From NCBI GenBank assembly GCA_050613775.1, contig JBODTK010000010.1, positions 1,302,001-1,366,000 on the forward strand: DNA of 64,000 nucleotides, in the 5' to 3' direction. This document shows, one piece after another, positions 35,415-46,606 of the stretch (position 1 is the first letter of the stretch; each line of letters starts with the position of its first letter). The stretch is from Neocallimastix sp. 'constans' (lineage: Eukaryota). The position numbers and the translations under genes were made by a program. The notes under the pieces are model-generated. The model was not told where the DNA came from. It searched no databases and saw only the letters and a program-made list of their open reading frames with translations.

Positions 35415-38400
35415 TCAGACTTCGTCCCTTGAAGTCGGTAGTTCGCACAGCCTATATGGGATAACGTTCTTAAGATGCACATTCCTGTCCGCAATTTCAT
35501 TAGTGACAGGATCACAAACCGTGATAGTGTTAAATTGTTTTTTCACAATTTTCATAGGGCCAATGAAATAAGGATCAAGCTTTCTTCTGTTAATATACTT
35601 TATAAGTACAAGATCCCCTGGTTTATAGTCGGACTTAAGCCTTCTTATTTGTTTCCTGCGATCTTCCCAAATTTTGTTGGCTGTTTGAATGTTATTTATT
35701 GCTTCTTTTATCCAACGATGATGGCGAACAAATTTCCGAACCATGAATTCTTCGTCAGTTTCGCAATCTTCTTTTTGATCAATGTTAATGGTCAATTCGA
35801 ATGGTTGTAAATCTCTACGTCCATAGAGTAATTCAAAGCTAGAAAATTGAGTAGTTTCATTTTTACAAGTTCGCAAGGCCCATAAAGCGCTAGGAAGTAT
35901 TTCATCCCAATTTTGAATGTTCTTGTTGCATAGTAGCCTTAAATACTTTCCTATTTGTTTGTTACGATTTTCAACCATGCCATTAGATTCCGGATGATAC
36001 ACCGTAACAAATTGTACCAACACACCATACAAGTCAAGAAAAGCTTTTGTTTTGTCTGAACAAAACTGAGGACCGTTATCGGTGACAATAACCTCTGGAA
36101 TTCCGTGGCGTGCAAATACTTTCATTAGGAAACTAATGACGTCCTTAGATTCGATGGTAGAAAGTGGGTCGGCTTCAACCCATTTTGTCAGGTAGTCGAC
36201 CAATACTATAATATATTGGTTCCCTTTGTTAGTCTGAGGCAGCGGGCCTATGATATCAAGTCCTACTTTTGTGAAAGGTCTACCCGGTTTGGTTGGAATA
36301 TTTTCAACGTAAGCATTTTGTGGTTGTGGCTTGAATTTTTGACATCTATCACACGTATTGACAATATATTTAACGTCTAAGATCATGTTTATCCAAAAAT
36401 AGTCTCTTTTTAGGCGATTGTAAGTCTTAAACACACCTTCGTGACCAACTCTGTGTGCATCAAGTATTAGTTGTAGCTTTTGATTATCATTATTAATTAC
36501 CTTCCTATAAGTACCATTGTCTAAGTAATATTCTTCGTCATTTATTGTAATAAATTTGCTCTTGATAGGGTTCAGTAAGTTTCCTTCATCAGTAGAATTG
36601 ATCTCCGACAAGACAGTTGAAACTATTGGATTGGAAGATTTTAATCTCGAAAGCGCATCTGCAAGCACATTCTTCTTGCCAGGTTCATAGATTACTTCAA
36701 CCTTAAGCATTGAGAGTAGCAATACCCATCTGGTCTGCCTAGAGTTATTAGTTTCCTTGTTCTTAAATAAGCTTACTAACGGTTTATGGTCTGTGAACAA
36801 CAAGGTAGTATGTGGGTTTCCTCCGATATAGGATTTGAATTTCTTTACGCAGTACGCTGCTGCGGTTCCCTCAAGATCTGTGATTCCATAATTTTGTTCT
36901 GATGGCTTCAGAGATCTACTAATATAATGGATGGGTCGTTCCTTGCCAAATTCATCTTTTTGCAGTAACACTCCGCCAATGCCATCGAAAAATGCATCCG
37001 TACGGATTATAAATTGGTTCTTGAAGTCAGGCATCATTAATATGGGAGCCGTAATCATCCTGTACTTTAACTCTTCGAAACTATCATTTTCAGCTTTTCC
37101 CCACTTGAATTCAACGTTCTTCTTTAACAACTTAAATAAAGGTTTCGCAATTGTAGCAAAGTTAAGAATAAATTTACGATAATAGCCAATAGCACCGAGA
37201 AAAGATTGAAGTTGGGATGTGGTAGCTGGGGGCAACCATTGGGCTATAACCTTTACTTTATCTGATAATGGTGAAATGCCATCAGTTGAAACAGTGTGAC
37301 CCAACAGTTCAACTTTATCTTTGAAAAAATGGCATTTCTCTAAATTCAATTTGATACCGTTTTCCTTTAAGATGGTAAATACTTTCTCTAAATCTCTTAA
37401 GTGGTCTTCAATAGTTTCGGAAAATATAATTAAGTCATCTATATATACAAAAAGACATTGCCCGATTAAAGGGTAGAAGATTCGGTTCATTTCTCGTTGG
37501 AATGTTCCTGGGGCATTACATAACCCGAATGGCATTACGAGAAATTGGTAGTTCCCAAAAGCCGTGGTAAAGCTAGTTTTTGGAATATCTTTTGGGTTCA
37601 TTGGTATTTGATGGAACCCAGAAAATAGATCAATAGTAGTAAACACTTTAATTGTTCGTCCTATAAAGAAAAGAATGTCATCAATTAGAGGAATGGCATA
37701 AGCATCCTTTAGTGTAACGTTGTTCAACTTCCGGTAATCCACGCACATACGCCACTTACCATTCTTCTTAAGTACTAAAATGACTGGTGACGACCATGGT
37801 GAACTAGAGGGTTCAATTAATTTATTGTTAAGTAGTTTGGTAATTTCAGCCTTTAATGCCTCAGCTTGAGCTTTAGATAAACGGTAGGCTTTTTGTTTAA
37901 TTGGTAGAGTGTCTTTTTCTAATATTATTGAGTGTGGTAATAACTTTGATCCGCCTAATTCTTCTATATTTATGGCCAATACTTCCTTGTAGTCATTAAA
38001 AAGGCGTCCTAATTGTCTTCGAATTCCTCTAGGAACCTGTTCTAGAATATTTCCAAGTAGAGCTTCTTTCTCTTCGCTGACCAGCATGACTAATGATGAC
38101 TTGGCAGATTTTCCTTTTAGATTTCTCTTTTCACAAATGAAGCAATGAAGTATAGAATCCTTTGTTAAATCAATCTGATTATTTTTATCATGGATATCTT
38201 CCTCAAAGTCAGTTTGAACTTCTTCTTCACTAGGTTGATCTTCGTCTTCACTAGTTGGAACTTCTTCGTCTGCGGATAAAGGTGCTATTCTTGTCCAAGT
38301 TTCATCATCATTCATTTTACAAAGGTAGTTGTCATAAGGATTAATAAATAACTTGATTTCTTTAAGTGTTTTATAACCTACTAATACATCAAACAATCCT

Positions 38401-39296
38401 TGATTATCATCGATTACTCTGAATACGTCTGAAATTGTAAGATTACCAAAGGTTACCGTTAAAACGTACAATTCCGAAGACATTCTAGTCTTAGAAGTTA
38501 CTTGGATGATATTATTTGTGGTAAATCCAAAAGGTCTTATTCCCTTTAAATTTTTTAGAAAACTACGAGTTACGATATTGATACTTGCACACGTGTCGAG
38601 AAATGCAAAGCCCTTTACGCCATTGATTAGGCACTCTGTAGTAGCTATATCATCTTTGGAAATTGTTGTCAACATAATTTTTTCCATACCTTCTTCCTTA
38701 AATTCAATGTTTTTTAGTCTGAGAGCCTTATTCAACTGTGCCCTTAATTTCGGACAAATGTCCAATAATTGTCCAAAGGTGATATCAGCAACTTTGTGGT
38801 TGAGATCCTCTTTGATGTCGTAAGTTTTAATCCCTTGGGCCAATTCTATGTGCTTAACACCTCTTTTCTCAGTGTTAAAAGGTTTCGGTGTTTTGTTTAG
38901 TCTTTCGTCTAATAAAGTACTTGGTAATTTTGTAGTGCTAGTCTTAGATTTCTTATTGTTATCACTAAGTTCATGTGCTTGCTTCATTATTTCTTGCTGT
39001 TTTTGTTCTTTGGCTTTTATTTTACTATTTCTTATTGATGGCTGAGCTATAACTGAAACATCAATTTCATTTAATGCCTCAGTATTTGGTACAGGATTCT
39101 GAAACGACAGGGATGGTTCTGGGACTTGTTCGTGGTTTCTTGGTAATGGGATAGGGACTGGATTGTCTTTTAATGAAGTAATTTTTGTATATGGTTTATT
39201 TGGAGGTTTGTCGGATCTATTTCTTCTAACGGCGGTAGCAACTAGATCCTCGGTTTGTTTAGAGGAAGTTTTCCTTCTTCCTTCCATTAGTTTAAA
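35415..39296 (-). CDS. pol: Pol polyprotein of element D (PR-RT-RH-IN), -1 frame relative to gag
   Basis: FLDTCAS protease, YIDD RT, RTDA RNase H, HHCC and GLDIIGP..TDNG..E integrase, GPM(K) GPY/F-like motif, no chromodomain. Confidence 0.95.
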   Translation of the reverse strand, partial: FKLMEGRRKTSSKQTEDLVATAVRRNRSDKPPNKPYTKITSLKDNPVPIPLPRNHEQVPEPSLSFQNPVPNTEALNEIDVSVIAQPSIRNSKIKAKEQKQQEIMKQAHELSDNNKKSKTSTTKLPSTLLDERLNKTPKPFNTEKRGVKHIELAQGIKTYDIKEDLNHKVADITFGQLLDICPKLRAQLNKALRLKNIEFKEEGMEKIMLTTISKDDIATTECLINGVKGFAFLDTCASINIVTRSFLKNLKGIRPFGFTTNNIIQVTSKTRMSSELYVLTVTFGNLTISDVFRVIDDNQGLFDVLVGYKTLKEIKLFINPYDNYLCKMNDDETWTRIAPLSADEEVPTSEDEDQPSEEEVQTDFEEDIHDKNNQIDLTKDSILHCFICEKRNLKGKSAKSSLVMLVSEEKEALLGNILEQVPRGIRRQLGRLFNDYKEVLAINIEELGGSKLLPHSIILEKDTLPIKQKAYRLSKAQAEALKAEITKLLNNKLIEPSSSPWSSPVILVLKKNGKWRMCVDYRKLNNVTLKDAYAIPLIDDILFFIGRTIKVFTTIDLFSGFHQIPMNPKDIPKTSFTTAFGNYQFLVMPFGLCNAPGTFQREMNRIFYPLIGQCLFVYIDDLIIFSETIEDHLRDLEKVFTILKENGIKLNLEKCHFFKDKVELLGHTVSTDGISPLSDKVKVIAQWLPPATTSQLQSFLGAIGYYRKFILNFATIAKPLFKLLKKNVEFKWGKAENDSFEELKYRMITAPILMMPDFKNQFIIRTDAFFDGIGGVLLQKDEFGKERPIHYISRSLKPSEQNYGITDLEGTAAAYCVKKFKSYIGGNPHTTLLFTDHKPLVSLFKNKETNNSRQTRWVLLLSMLKVEVIYEPGKKNVLADALSRLKSSNPIVSTVLSEINSTDEGNLLNPIKSKFITINDEEYYLDNGTYRKVINNDNQKLQLILDAHRVGHEGVFKTYNRLKRDYFWINMILDVKYIVNTCDRCQKFKPQPQNAYVENIPTKPGRPFTKVGLDIIGPLPQTNKGNQYIIVLVDYLTKWVEADPLSTIESKDVISFLMKVFARHGIPEVIVTDNGPQFCSDKTKAFLDLYGVLVQFVTVYHPESNGMVENRNKQIGKYLRLLCNKNIQNWDEILPSALWALRTCKNETTQFSSFELLYGRRDLQPFELTINIDQKEDCETDEEFMVRKFVRHHRWIKEAINNIQTANKIWEDRRKQIRRLKSDYKPGDLVLIKYINRRKLDPYFIGPMKIVKKQFNTITVCDPVTNEIADRNVHLKNVIPYRLCELPTSRDEV

Positions 39297-40108
39297 GATC
39301 TTCTATTTTCTTCTAACTTTCCGGATTCCTCCATCTCAGCAAGTTCCTTATAAGAGTAAGGGCATGACTTCATTACATGACCTAATTGATAGCATTTGTA
39401 GCATCTAATTTCTTTGTTTTTATTAACTTTCTTGCTTTCAGTTTTTCCTGTTCTGTTTGATTGAATGCTCTTAACATCGTTCCTTCTTGACAAGTAATTA
39501 CTTCTAAATAAACTAAATGGATGTTGGTGACTTCCTTTGTTAGCAGGATAAATGGTGGTGAAAACTTTATCACTAAAGAAATTTTTAGCGTTTGTCTCAG
39601 CTTTCTCGGCCAATTCAGCTTCCTCAAAGGCTTCTTCTAAGTCAACTTATTGGTTGGTAATCACTTGTGCCCTCGCGTATGGTCTATACGAAATAGATTC
39701 AGCGTAATCATCTACGGTAATGAATTCTTGGTATAACCTTGGCAGATTGTTGTATAACTTCTTGTACCTCCAGTTGAAGTTCTTAATAGTCTCGTTCTTT
39801 TTTATCTTTAGTTTTTGCAATCTTTTGCATTTCAACTGTGGGGTCACTTCTAATGCATCTTCCAGAGCCTTTTTCATTTGTTTAACATTAGGATAAACTT
39901 CTTCACCATCTTCGTTAATAGTAACCAAGTATTGAAGGACACCTCATAGCTTCCCTTCTACACACTCCATAGCCCAAATATGTATTGAAGATGGAGTGTT
40001 AATATCTGCTAACTTCATAAGTCTAACGAATTCTTCCGACCAAGTGTCAACATCTTTGCCAGATTCATCTAGTCTAGGTAAAAGATCTTCTAATTCCAAT
40101 ATTTTCAT
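39287..40108 (-). pseudogene. gag: Gag of element D with a frameshift (about 39940) and an in-frame stop (39647-39649)
   Basis: ORF fragments contain LKIKKNETIKNFNWRY and CYKCYQLGHVMKSC. ATG at 40108. Confidence 0.85.
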
Positions 40109-40818
40109 TAATAACTTTATGTTTATTACTAATTAAATAGTATTATTATTATTACTTAATATATATTTTTCTGTTTATATTTTTTTTTGTTCTATTATTC
40201 ATCCATCAATCTTTGAAAATTTCTAATTTTATAATCTTTTCATATTATTACTATTTTGGGTCCTGCATAGCTCGCCAGATTTTGGGACAACACAGGTAAT
40301 TATTAAAATTTATTATAGTAATAATATATTCGATTATATATATTTATCTTTATTAAATAATTTTTTATTTTTGAAAGAGAGAGTTTTTAATTATTTTATT
40401 TTCATAATTTCTTAAATATTTAATATTCTATCAATTTGATTTGTTAGTATTAAAAATTTTAATTTAATTGGTTTCGAATTTATATATAAAATTATTATAA
40501 ATCATTAATATAAATTATTATAAAATTTTAATATAAATTATCACAAGATTTTAATATAAAACTATTATAGAATATTAATATAAAACTATTATTAATATAA
40601 AACTATTATAAAATATTGATATAAAACTATTATAAAATATTAATGTAAAACTATTATAAAATATTAATATAAAACTATTATAAAATATTGATATAAAACT
40701 ATTATAAAATATTAATATAAATTATTATAAAGTATTGTTAACAAATATTATAATCTTTTTTGTATATAATTGAATATTTAATTATTATTCATTTTTTTTT
40801 TATTGTCTCGTAACAAAA

Positions 40819-41615
40819 TGTAAGAAACTATAATTATTTGTTAAATAATTATAATTTCTTTATTTGATTATTTATCTATTACATAATTTATACATTCATT
40901 CATTAAATTAGTAATTATTTATCAAGTTAACATGTATTTGTACATTTAATTATAGTTTTAATTTAATTAAAAAATTTTTTCTTTAAATTTATTTAGTATA
41001 CATTTATTTTATTTAATTTATTTAATTAATTATAATTTTTATTAATTTTTATAGTAATAAATTAATTATTTAATTATTATTTTTAATTAAAATTTGAATT
41101 AACGGACTTTAAAGTTTTTTTATTTTCTTATTAAAATATAAATCAATTTTATCGGACTTAAGGTTTTTTCTAATTTATTATAATAATAAATTGGTTTTTC
41201 CTTAAAGAACTTATCTAGTTTTTTCTTCTAATCTTTTTCTAGATAAGATAATTGTTAAGATTAGAAAACCTTTTAAATTATTATTTTATATAAAATTTAT
41301 AAAATTTTATTATTTAATTTTTCGTATAAATAGCTATTGATTTCTCTAAATTTTTGAGAAATCAAGAGTTATTATTATATAACAAATATTAATAAATATA
41401 TAATAATAATTAATAAAATCTACAAACATTTTCAATAAGTGTTCTTTTATTTTGTGTTGTTTATTATATTTGTTTATAATAGACTCTTCTCTGTCAAGAT
41501 AAGTTAAAATTTTCTTTATTTTTTCTAATTGTTTTCTTATTTTCTCAACTTGATGTTAGTATCAGGTTGTAGTTAATAATTTTGTTATAATAAATATTAT
41601 AATGAAATTATTACA
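40819..41615 (+). mobile_element. Solo LTR family A, divergent subfamily (A2)
   Basis: Termini tgtaag...ttaca. TSD caaaa at 40814-40818 and 41616-41620. Shares blocks such as gagaaatcaagagttattattata with A1 and A3. Confidence 0.88.
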
Positions 41616-41621
41616 CAAAAT

Positions 41622-42083
41622 TGATACGATATTTTATTTATGTATCTAAATTAATATTTATTTATGGGCAATGACAATAAGGAATTATGACAAAATAATA
41701 TATTCTAATATTAATTAGAAATAACACATACAATAATACAAAATAAAGTAATAAATATATCTTTTTAATGTTCTCTTTATTTATTATTAATTATTAATTA
41801 TTACATAAATTATTATTATTACTCTCTTATATAAATATTATAATTAATTATCTCAAATATATATAATATCTCTTTTTAACTATACTAAAATAAAATATAA
41901 AATAGCTATTTATATGAATTAATTTATCATAAGTATAAACTTATAAATAAAAGAATTCTCCGTTTAATAATTATTATTCTAAAATTATATATATTATTAT
42001 AAAATTATTGACCAATAATATTTAAGTATTTCTTTAACCTAAAGAATCTACCTAAATACCATTTTTATAGTGGTCACGTATCA
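41622..42083. mobile_element. Solo LTR E
   Basis: Termini tgatacg...cgtatca. aaat on both sides (41618-41621 and 42084-42087). Confidence 0.85.
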
Positions 42084-42835
42084 AAATTGACAAACGATTC
42101 TATTATCTTAATTTGAAGTTATTACTTCAAAAGTGATAATAGATGTATCAAGTTTGAATTAATATAAATTTAATATGAATGAATTTATGTTATTATTATT
42201 AATAATTAAGTTATTATTATTCTAGCTTAACACTGAATTGTTATTAATTTTTCAAAATTATACATTTCTTTTGTGTTTAGAATTAATTTTTATTATTATA
42301 TTTATTAATTTTTATTATTATTTATTAATTTTTATTATTATTTATTATTATAATATTTGGTTATTATTTTTTTTATTACATTTCTAATAACAACGAGAAA
42401 TTAATTTTATAAAATATTTACAAGTATTTATATTTTTACAATAATTTAAAGTATTTACAATTTTTAATAATAAAATAATTAAGAATAATTATATTTATAA
42501 AAATAAACAATAAAATAAACAAATAAACAATTAATACAAGAATTATTATAAACAAAGAATTCAAAATAATAAAAAAAAAGAGAAAATTGTTTACAAACTA
42601 TTTACTTTTAATTAAAAAGAGAAATTAATTAACATTAGTATTTCATTATTTTAAAAATTAAAATAGAATTAAAGTATAATTTCGAGTTTTAGAATTTAAT
42701 TAAAATAAATCTTTTTATTATGATTTTAATTTCAAATTTTAATTTATTAATTTGTTGTTGAATAGGTTAGATATTATTCAAGCTTTCTAATAATTTTATG
42801 CTTAAGAATTCCAATCTGTATCAATTCGTCGGCCC

Positions 42836-45800
42836 TTAAGAGATGACTTCGTCCCTTGAAGTCAAAGAATTTTCTTGAAGTACATATGGAAAAACATTTT
42901 TAATATGAACATTTCTATTTAAGAGTTTTCCAGTAGTTGGATCTTCTAATACTAAGGTATTGAATTTTTGTTTATTAACAACTTTAAAAGGTCCGTAAAA
43001 GTAAGGATTTAATTTACTTCTTCCTATAAGTCTTATCATTACGTAATCTCCTGGTTTATATTTCTTCTTTAGTGCATTTTGAAATCCAATACGGTGTTCC
43101 CAATATTTATTTGCATATTCTGAATATTCAGTAGCCTGTTTTACCCAATTTTGATGTCTTAAGAAACGTCGAAATATATATTCTTCTTCTGATTCATTTG
43201 GATCTTTATAAATATCGGGGAACATGACTTCTAATGGCCAAGTGTCGTGTCTGCCATAAAGTAATTCGAAACTACTAAATTTTGTTTTTGAATTTTTAGT
43301 AGTTCTTAAGGCCCATAAAGCCGATGGAAGATATTCATCCCATTCAGACTCATTTTCTACTAATAATCTTAATAACTTCCCTATTTCTCTGTTTCGATTC
43401 TCAATCATTCCATTCGATTCAGGATGATGCGGGGAAACGTAATGAACCCATGAACCATAAAGGTCAATCATCATCTTTGTTACTTCAGAGATAAAGGAAC
43501 TACCATTGTCGGTAATTATTATTTCAGGTGGTCCATGTCTTGTAAATATTTCAACAAGAAATTTTATTACTTCTTCGGATTTCATGTTCGGGATTGCTTT
43601 AGCTTCAACCCACTTGGTAAAATAATCGACTAAGGTTATTATATAATTGTTACCATTTTTAGTAGTTGGTAACGGTCCTATTATATCGAGTCCTACTCTA
43701 GTAAATGGTTGTTCAACAGGGGTAGCATTATCTCCAGAACTTTTTGGAAATGGTTTAGGCCTGCATGTTTGACATTTGTGACAACTTTTTATCCACATTC
43801 TTACATCATTCCAAATGCCAGGCCAATAGTAAGATTGCATAATTCTATTAGTAGTTTTCTCTGCTCCTTCATGTCCTACTAAATGGGCACGATTAATAAT
43901 ATCCTTTTTGTCTTCATCTTTATAGATAACTTTTAAATAAAGATCATCTTTTTTATAATATAGAGTATTATCAACAACTTGATAATTCTTAGTGAAGTAT
44001 TTTATTATACCTTCTGGTAGATCCAAATCCCTTGGATTAAAGTCGGCTAATATTGCATTAGCGCATTGAATAATTCCTTTTGAATTTTTAGAAGGTAATC
44101 TTGATAACGCATCAGCGAATACATTTTTCTTTCCTTTCTCGTAAATAAGTTCAATCTTATATTTGTTAAATTCTTCTATCCATCTTGCATGACGATTAGA
44201 AGTAGGAATGCTTTTTTTGAAAAACCCAAGTAATGGTTTATGATCCGTAATAAATTTTGTTAAATTTTTATTGCTTAATATATATTGACTAAAATATTTT
44301 AAACTAAATATAACAGCTAATCCTTCTAAGTCCGTTACGGAGTAATTCTTTTCAGATGTAGAGAGTGTTCTACTTACGCAACAGATAGGATGTTCAAGAC
44401 TATCCTCTTCCTTCTGTAAAAGAACACCACCAATACCTTTAAGAGAAGCATCAGTACGAATGATGAATTCCTTTTTAAAATCTGGGTAACTTAATATTGG
44501 ATCATTAAGTAAACATTCTTTAATATTTTCGAAAGCTTCTTCGCATTCATTTGACCATATATATTTTGAATTCTTTTTTAATAACTTAAAAAGAGGGTCA
44601 GCAATAATTGAGAAATTTTGAATAAATTTTCTATAATAACTAGCTAAACCTAAAAAAGAACGAAGTTCACTTACATCTTTAGGATTGTCCCACAAAGCAA
44701 TACTTTGTACTTTTGATGGAATTGTTTTTAATCCTTTTGATGTTAGAACATGACCTAATACTTCAACACTTTCTTGAAAGAATTTACATTTTTGTAAGTT
44801 AAGAGAAAGATTGTATTTAGAAAATATTTCAAAAGCTAACTTTAAATGTTTAAGATGTTCATCAAGAGTTCTTGAATAAATTACAATATCATCTAAGTAA
44901 ACAAATAAACATTTACCGATTAAAGGAAGTAATATTCTATTCATCTCCCGTTGGAAGGTAGCGGGAGCATTGGTAAGGCCAAATGGCATTACTTTAAAAT
45001 TGTAATTGCCGAATTTTGTGGTAAATGCTGTTTTCTCTATATCTTCTGGATTCATTGGAATTTGATGATATCCAGAATATAAGTCTAATGCGGAGAATAC
45101 CGTCGCACCATTTACTGAATAAATTAGTTCATCTATAAATGGTAGTGCGTAAGAATCTTTTATAGTAATTTCATTTAATTTGCGATAATCAATACACATT
45201 CTCCATTTCCCATTTTTCTTTTGAACTAATAGAACAGGAAAAGACCATGGAGAATGTGAAGGAACTATAAGTCCTTTTTCTAATAGTTTAATTATTTCCG
45301 ATTTAAGAATATCTGCATGCTCTTTTGATAATTTGTATGGTTTTAATTTTATAGGTTTATTACTAATTGTCACAATTGAATGTGGTTCTAAATTAGCTGT
45401 ACTTAATTGTGACATTGAAGTTGCCATACAGTTTTTATACTTCTCAATTAAATTTTTAAATTCTGTCTTAAATTTTTCCGGGACAGATTCAATAATTTTA
45501 TTTAATGTATCGATGAACTCTTGTTGTTCATCTTTTTCTATAATAATGGAATTAACAAGAGGTATTTCTAATTTACTATTAATTATATAGGTTACTTGTT
45601 TAATTCCTTTCTTAATTTTCTGGTAGACAGCATCATCATCTGGATCTATATACAAACGATACTTTTTCTGAATTCCTCTACCAAATATAATTTCAAAATA
45701 TGGATTCGTATAATTAATTACATAGAATTTTTCTGTAATAGTTAATCTATTATTTACGTTTATTTTTAATTCAATGTAACTATTTGTAGTTACTTTAGTA

Positions 45801-46606
45801 CCATCCACAATGGTAATATCTTCTAAATTTTCACATTGTTTAATTACTTTATGTTTTAGTTTGCCTAGACAATTATTTGTTATAACATTAACGTTTGCAC
45901 CGGTATCGTATAAGATTTTAAATGTCTTATTATCTATTTCACCACAAATAATAGGAAGACTTGTATTAGTTAAGGAACAAAGAATTTTCTCAACTCTTGG
46001 TTTACAACCTTGTTCAAGTTCTTTTCTAATGGACGGACTTGCAGATAATAATTGAGATAAACTAATTTTTGGAAAAAGGTTATTAGCTTCTTCAGTTATA
46101 CTAAACTTTTCATTTTCATTTAACATTTGGATATTGGTCATTTTTCTTTTCTTAATAGTTTTTGGTTTTTCTGATTCTTTTTCATTATTACTTTCAATAT
46201 ATGAGGCTCCATTAATCTCATTTTCATTGCTATTTTCTTCTTCATTAACTTCCATCACTATATCATCACTAGTATTTGGTTCATTTTCTTCAGAATTGCT
46301 AAGCTTTCTTCTTCTAGCATCTTTAATTACTTTCTTTTGTTGTTTTACTAATTTTGTTTTGGGTTCACTTAATAATGAAGGCTTTACTATAGATTTGTTA
46401 TTTAATTTTCTTGTCGAAGTTTTTCTCTTTTGTACTGTACCGATAAAGTTTGAAGAATTTCTTTCAATATTACTTTCTTCTTTAGTGAAATTTTCTTTGT
46501 CATTTTCACTTCTTTCGAAATTATTTTCATTTTCATTTTCATTTTCATTTTCATTTGCAATTTTAATTGTCCTGGGAGATTGCGTACTCCCGATTATTAA
46601 TTTAAA
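42836..46606 (-). CDS. pol: Pol polyprotein of element F, expressed by -1 frameshift
   Basis: Frame is open from the TTTAAAT site (46606) through LYDTGA, YLDD, RTDAS, HHCC/DDE integrase and GPF to TSRDEVIS*. Confidence 0.95.
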   Translation of the reverse strand, partial: FKLIIGSTQSPRTIKIANENENENENENNFERSENDKENFTKEESNIERNSSNFIGTVQKRKTSTRKLNNKSIVKPSLLSEPKTKLVKQQKKVIKDARRRKLSNSEENEPNTSDDIVMEVNEEENSNENEINGASYIESNNEKESEKPKTIKKRKMTNIQMLNENEKFSITEEANNLFPKISLSQLLSASPSIRKELEQGCKPRVEKILCSLTNTSLPIICGEIDNKTFKILYDTGANVNVITNNCLGKLKHKVIKQCENLEDITIVDGTKVTTNSYIELKINVNNRLTITEKFYVINYTNPYFEIIFGRGIQKKYRLYIDPDDDAVYQKIKKGIKQVTYIINSKLEIPLVNSIIIEKDEQQEFIDTLNKIIESVPEKFKTEFKNLIEKYKNCMATSMSQLSTANLEPHSIVTISNKPIKLKPYKLSKEHADILKSEIIKLLEKGLIVPSHSPWSFPVLLVQKKNGKWRMCIDYRKLNEITIKDSYALPFIDELIYSVNGATVFSALDLYSGYHQIPMNPEDIEKTAFTTKFGNYNFKVMPFGLTNAPATFQREMNRILLPLIGKCLFVYLDDIVIYSRTLDEHLKHLKLAFEIFSKYNLSLNLQKCKFFQESVEVLGHVLTSKGLKTIPSKVQSIALWDNPKDVSELRSFLGLASYYRKFIQNFSIIADPLFKLLKKNSKYIWSNECEEAFENIKECLLNDPILSYPDFKKEFIIRTDASLKGIGGVLLQKEEDSLEHPICCVSRTLSTSEKNYSVTDLEGLAVIFSLKYFSQYILSNKNLTKFITDHKPLLGFFKKSIPTSNRHARWIEEFNKYKIELIYEKGKKNVFADALSRLPSKNSKGIIQCANAILADFNPRDLDLPEGIIKYFTKNYQVVDNTLYYKKDDLYLKVIYKDEDKKDIINRAHLVGHEGAEKTTNRIMQSYYWPGIWNDVRMWIKSCHKCQTCRPKPFPKSSGDNATPVEQPFTRVGLDIIGPLPTTKNGNNYIITLVDYFTKWVEAKAIPNMKSEEVIKFLVEIFTRHGPPEIIITDNGSSFISEVTKMMIDLYGSWVHYVSPHHPESNGMIENRNREIGKLLRLLVENESEWDEYLPSALWALRTTKNSKTKFSSFELLYGRHDTWPLEVMFPDIYKDPNESEEEYIFRRFLRHQNWVKQATEYSEYANKYWEHRIGFQNALKKKYKPGDYVMIRLIGRSKLNPYFYGPFKVVNKQKFNTLVLEDPTTGKLLNRNVHIKNVFPYVLQENSLTSRDEVIS

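Larger units (their letters stand above)
34817..40815 (-). mobile_element. Full-length Ty3/gypsy element D (gag disrupted, pol open)
   Basis: LTRs 34817-35397 and 40283-40815, differing mainly in copies of a ~23-bp repeat plus a few substitutions. PBS TGGCGAGCTATGCAGGA at 40277-40261. Flanks agat and aaa(t). Confidence 0.95.
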
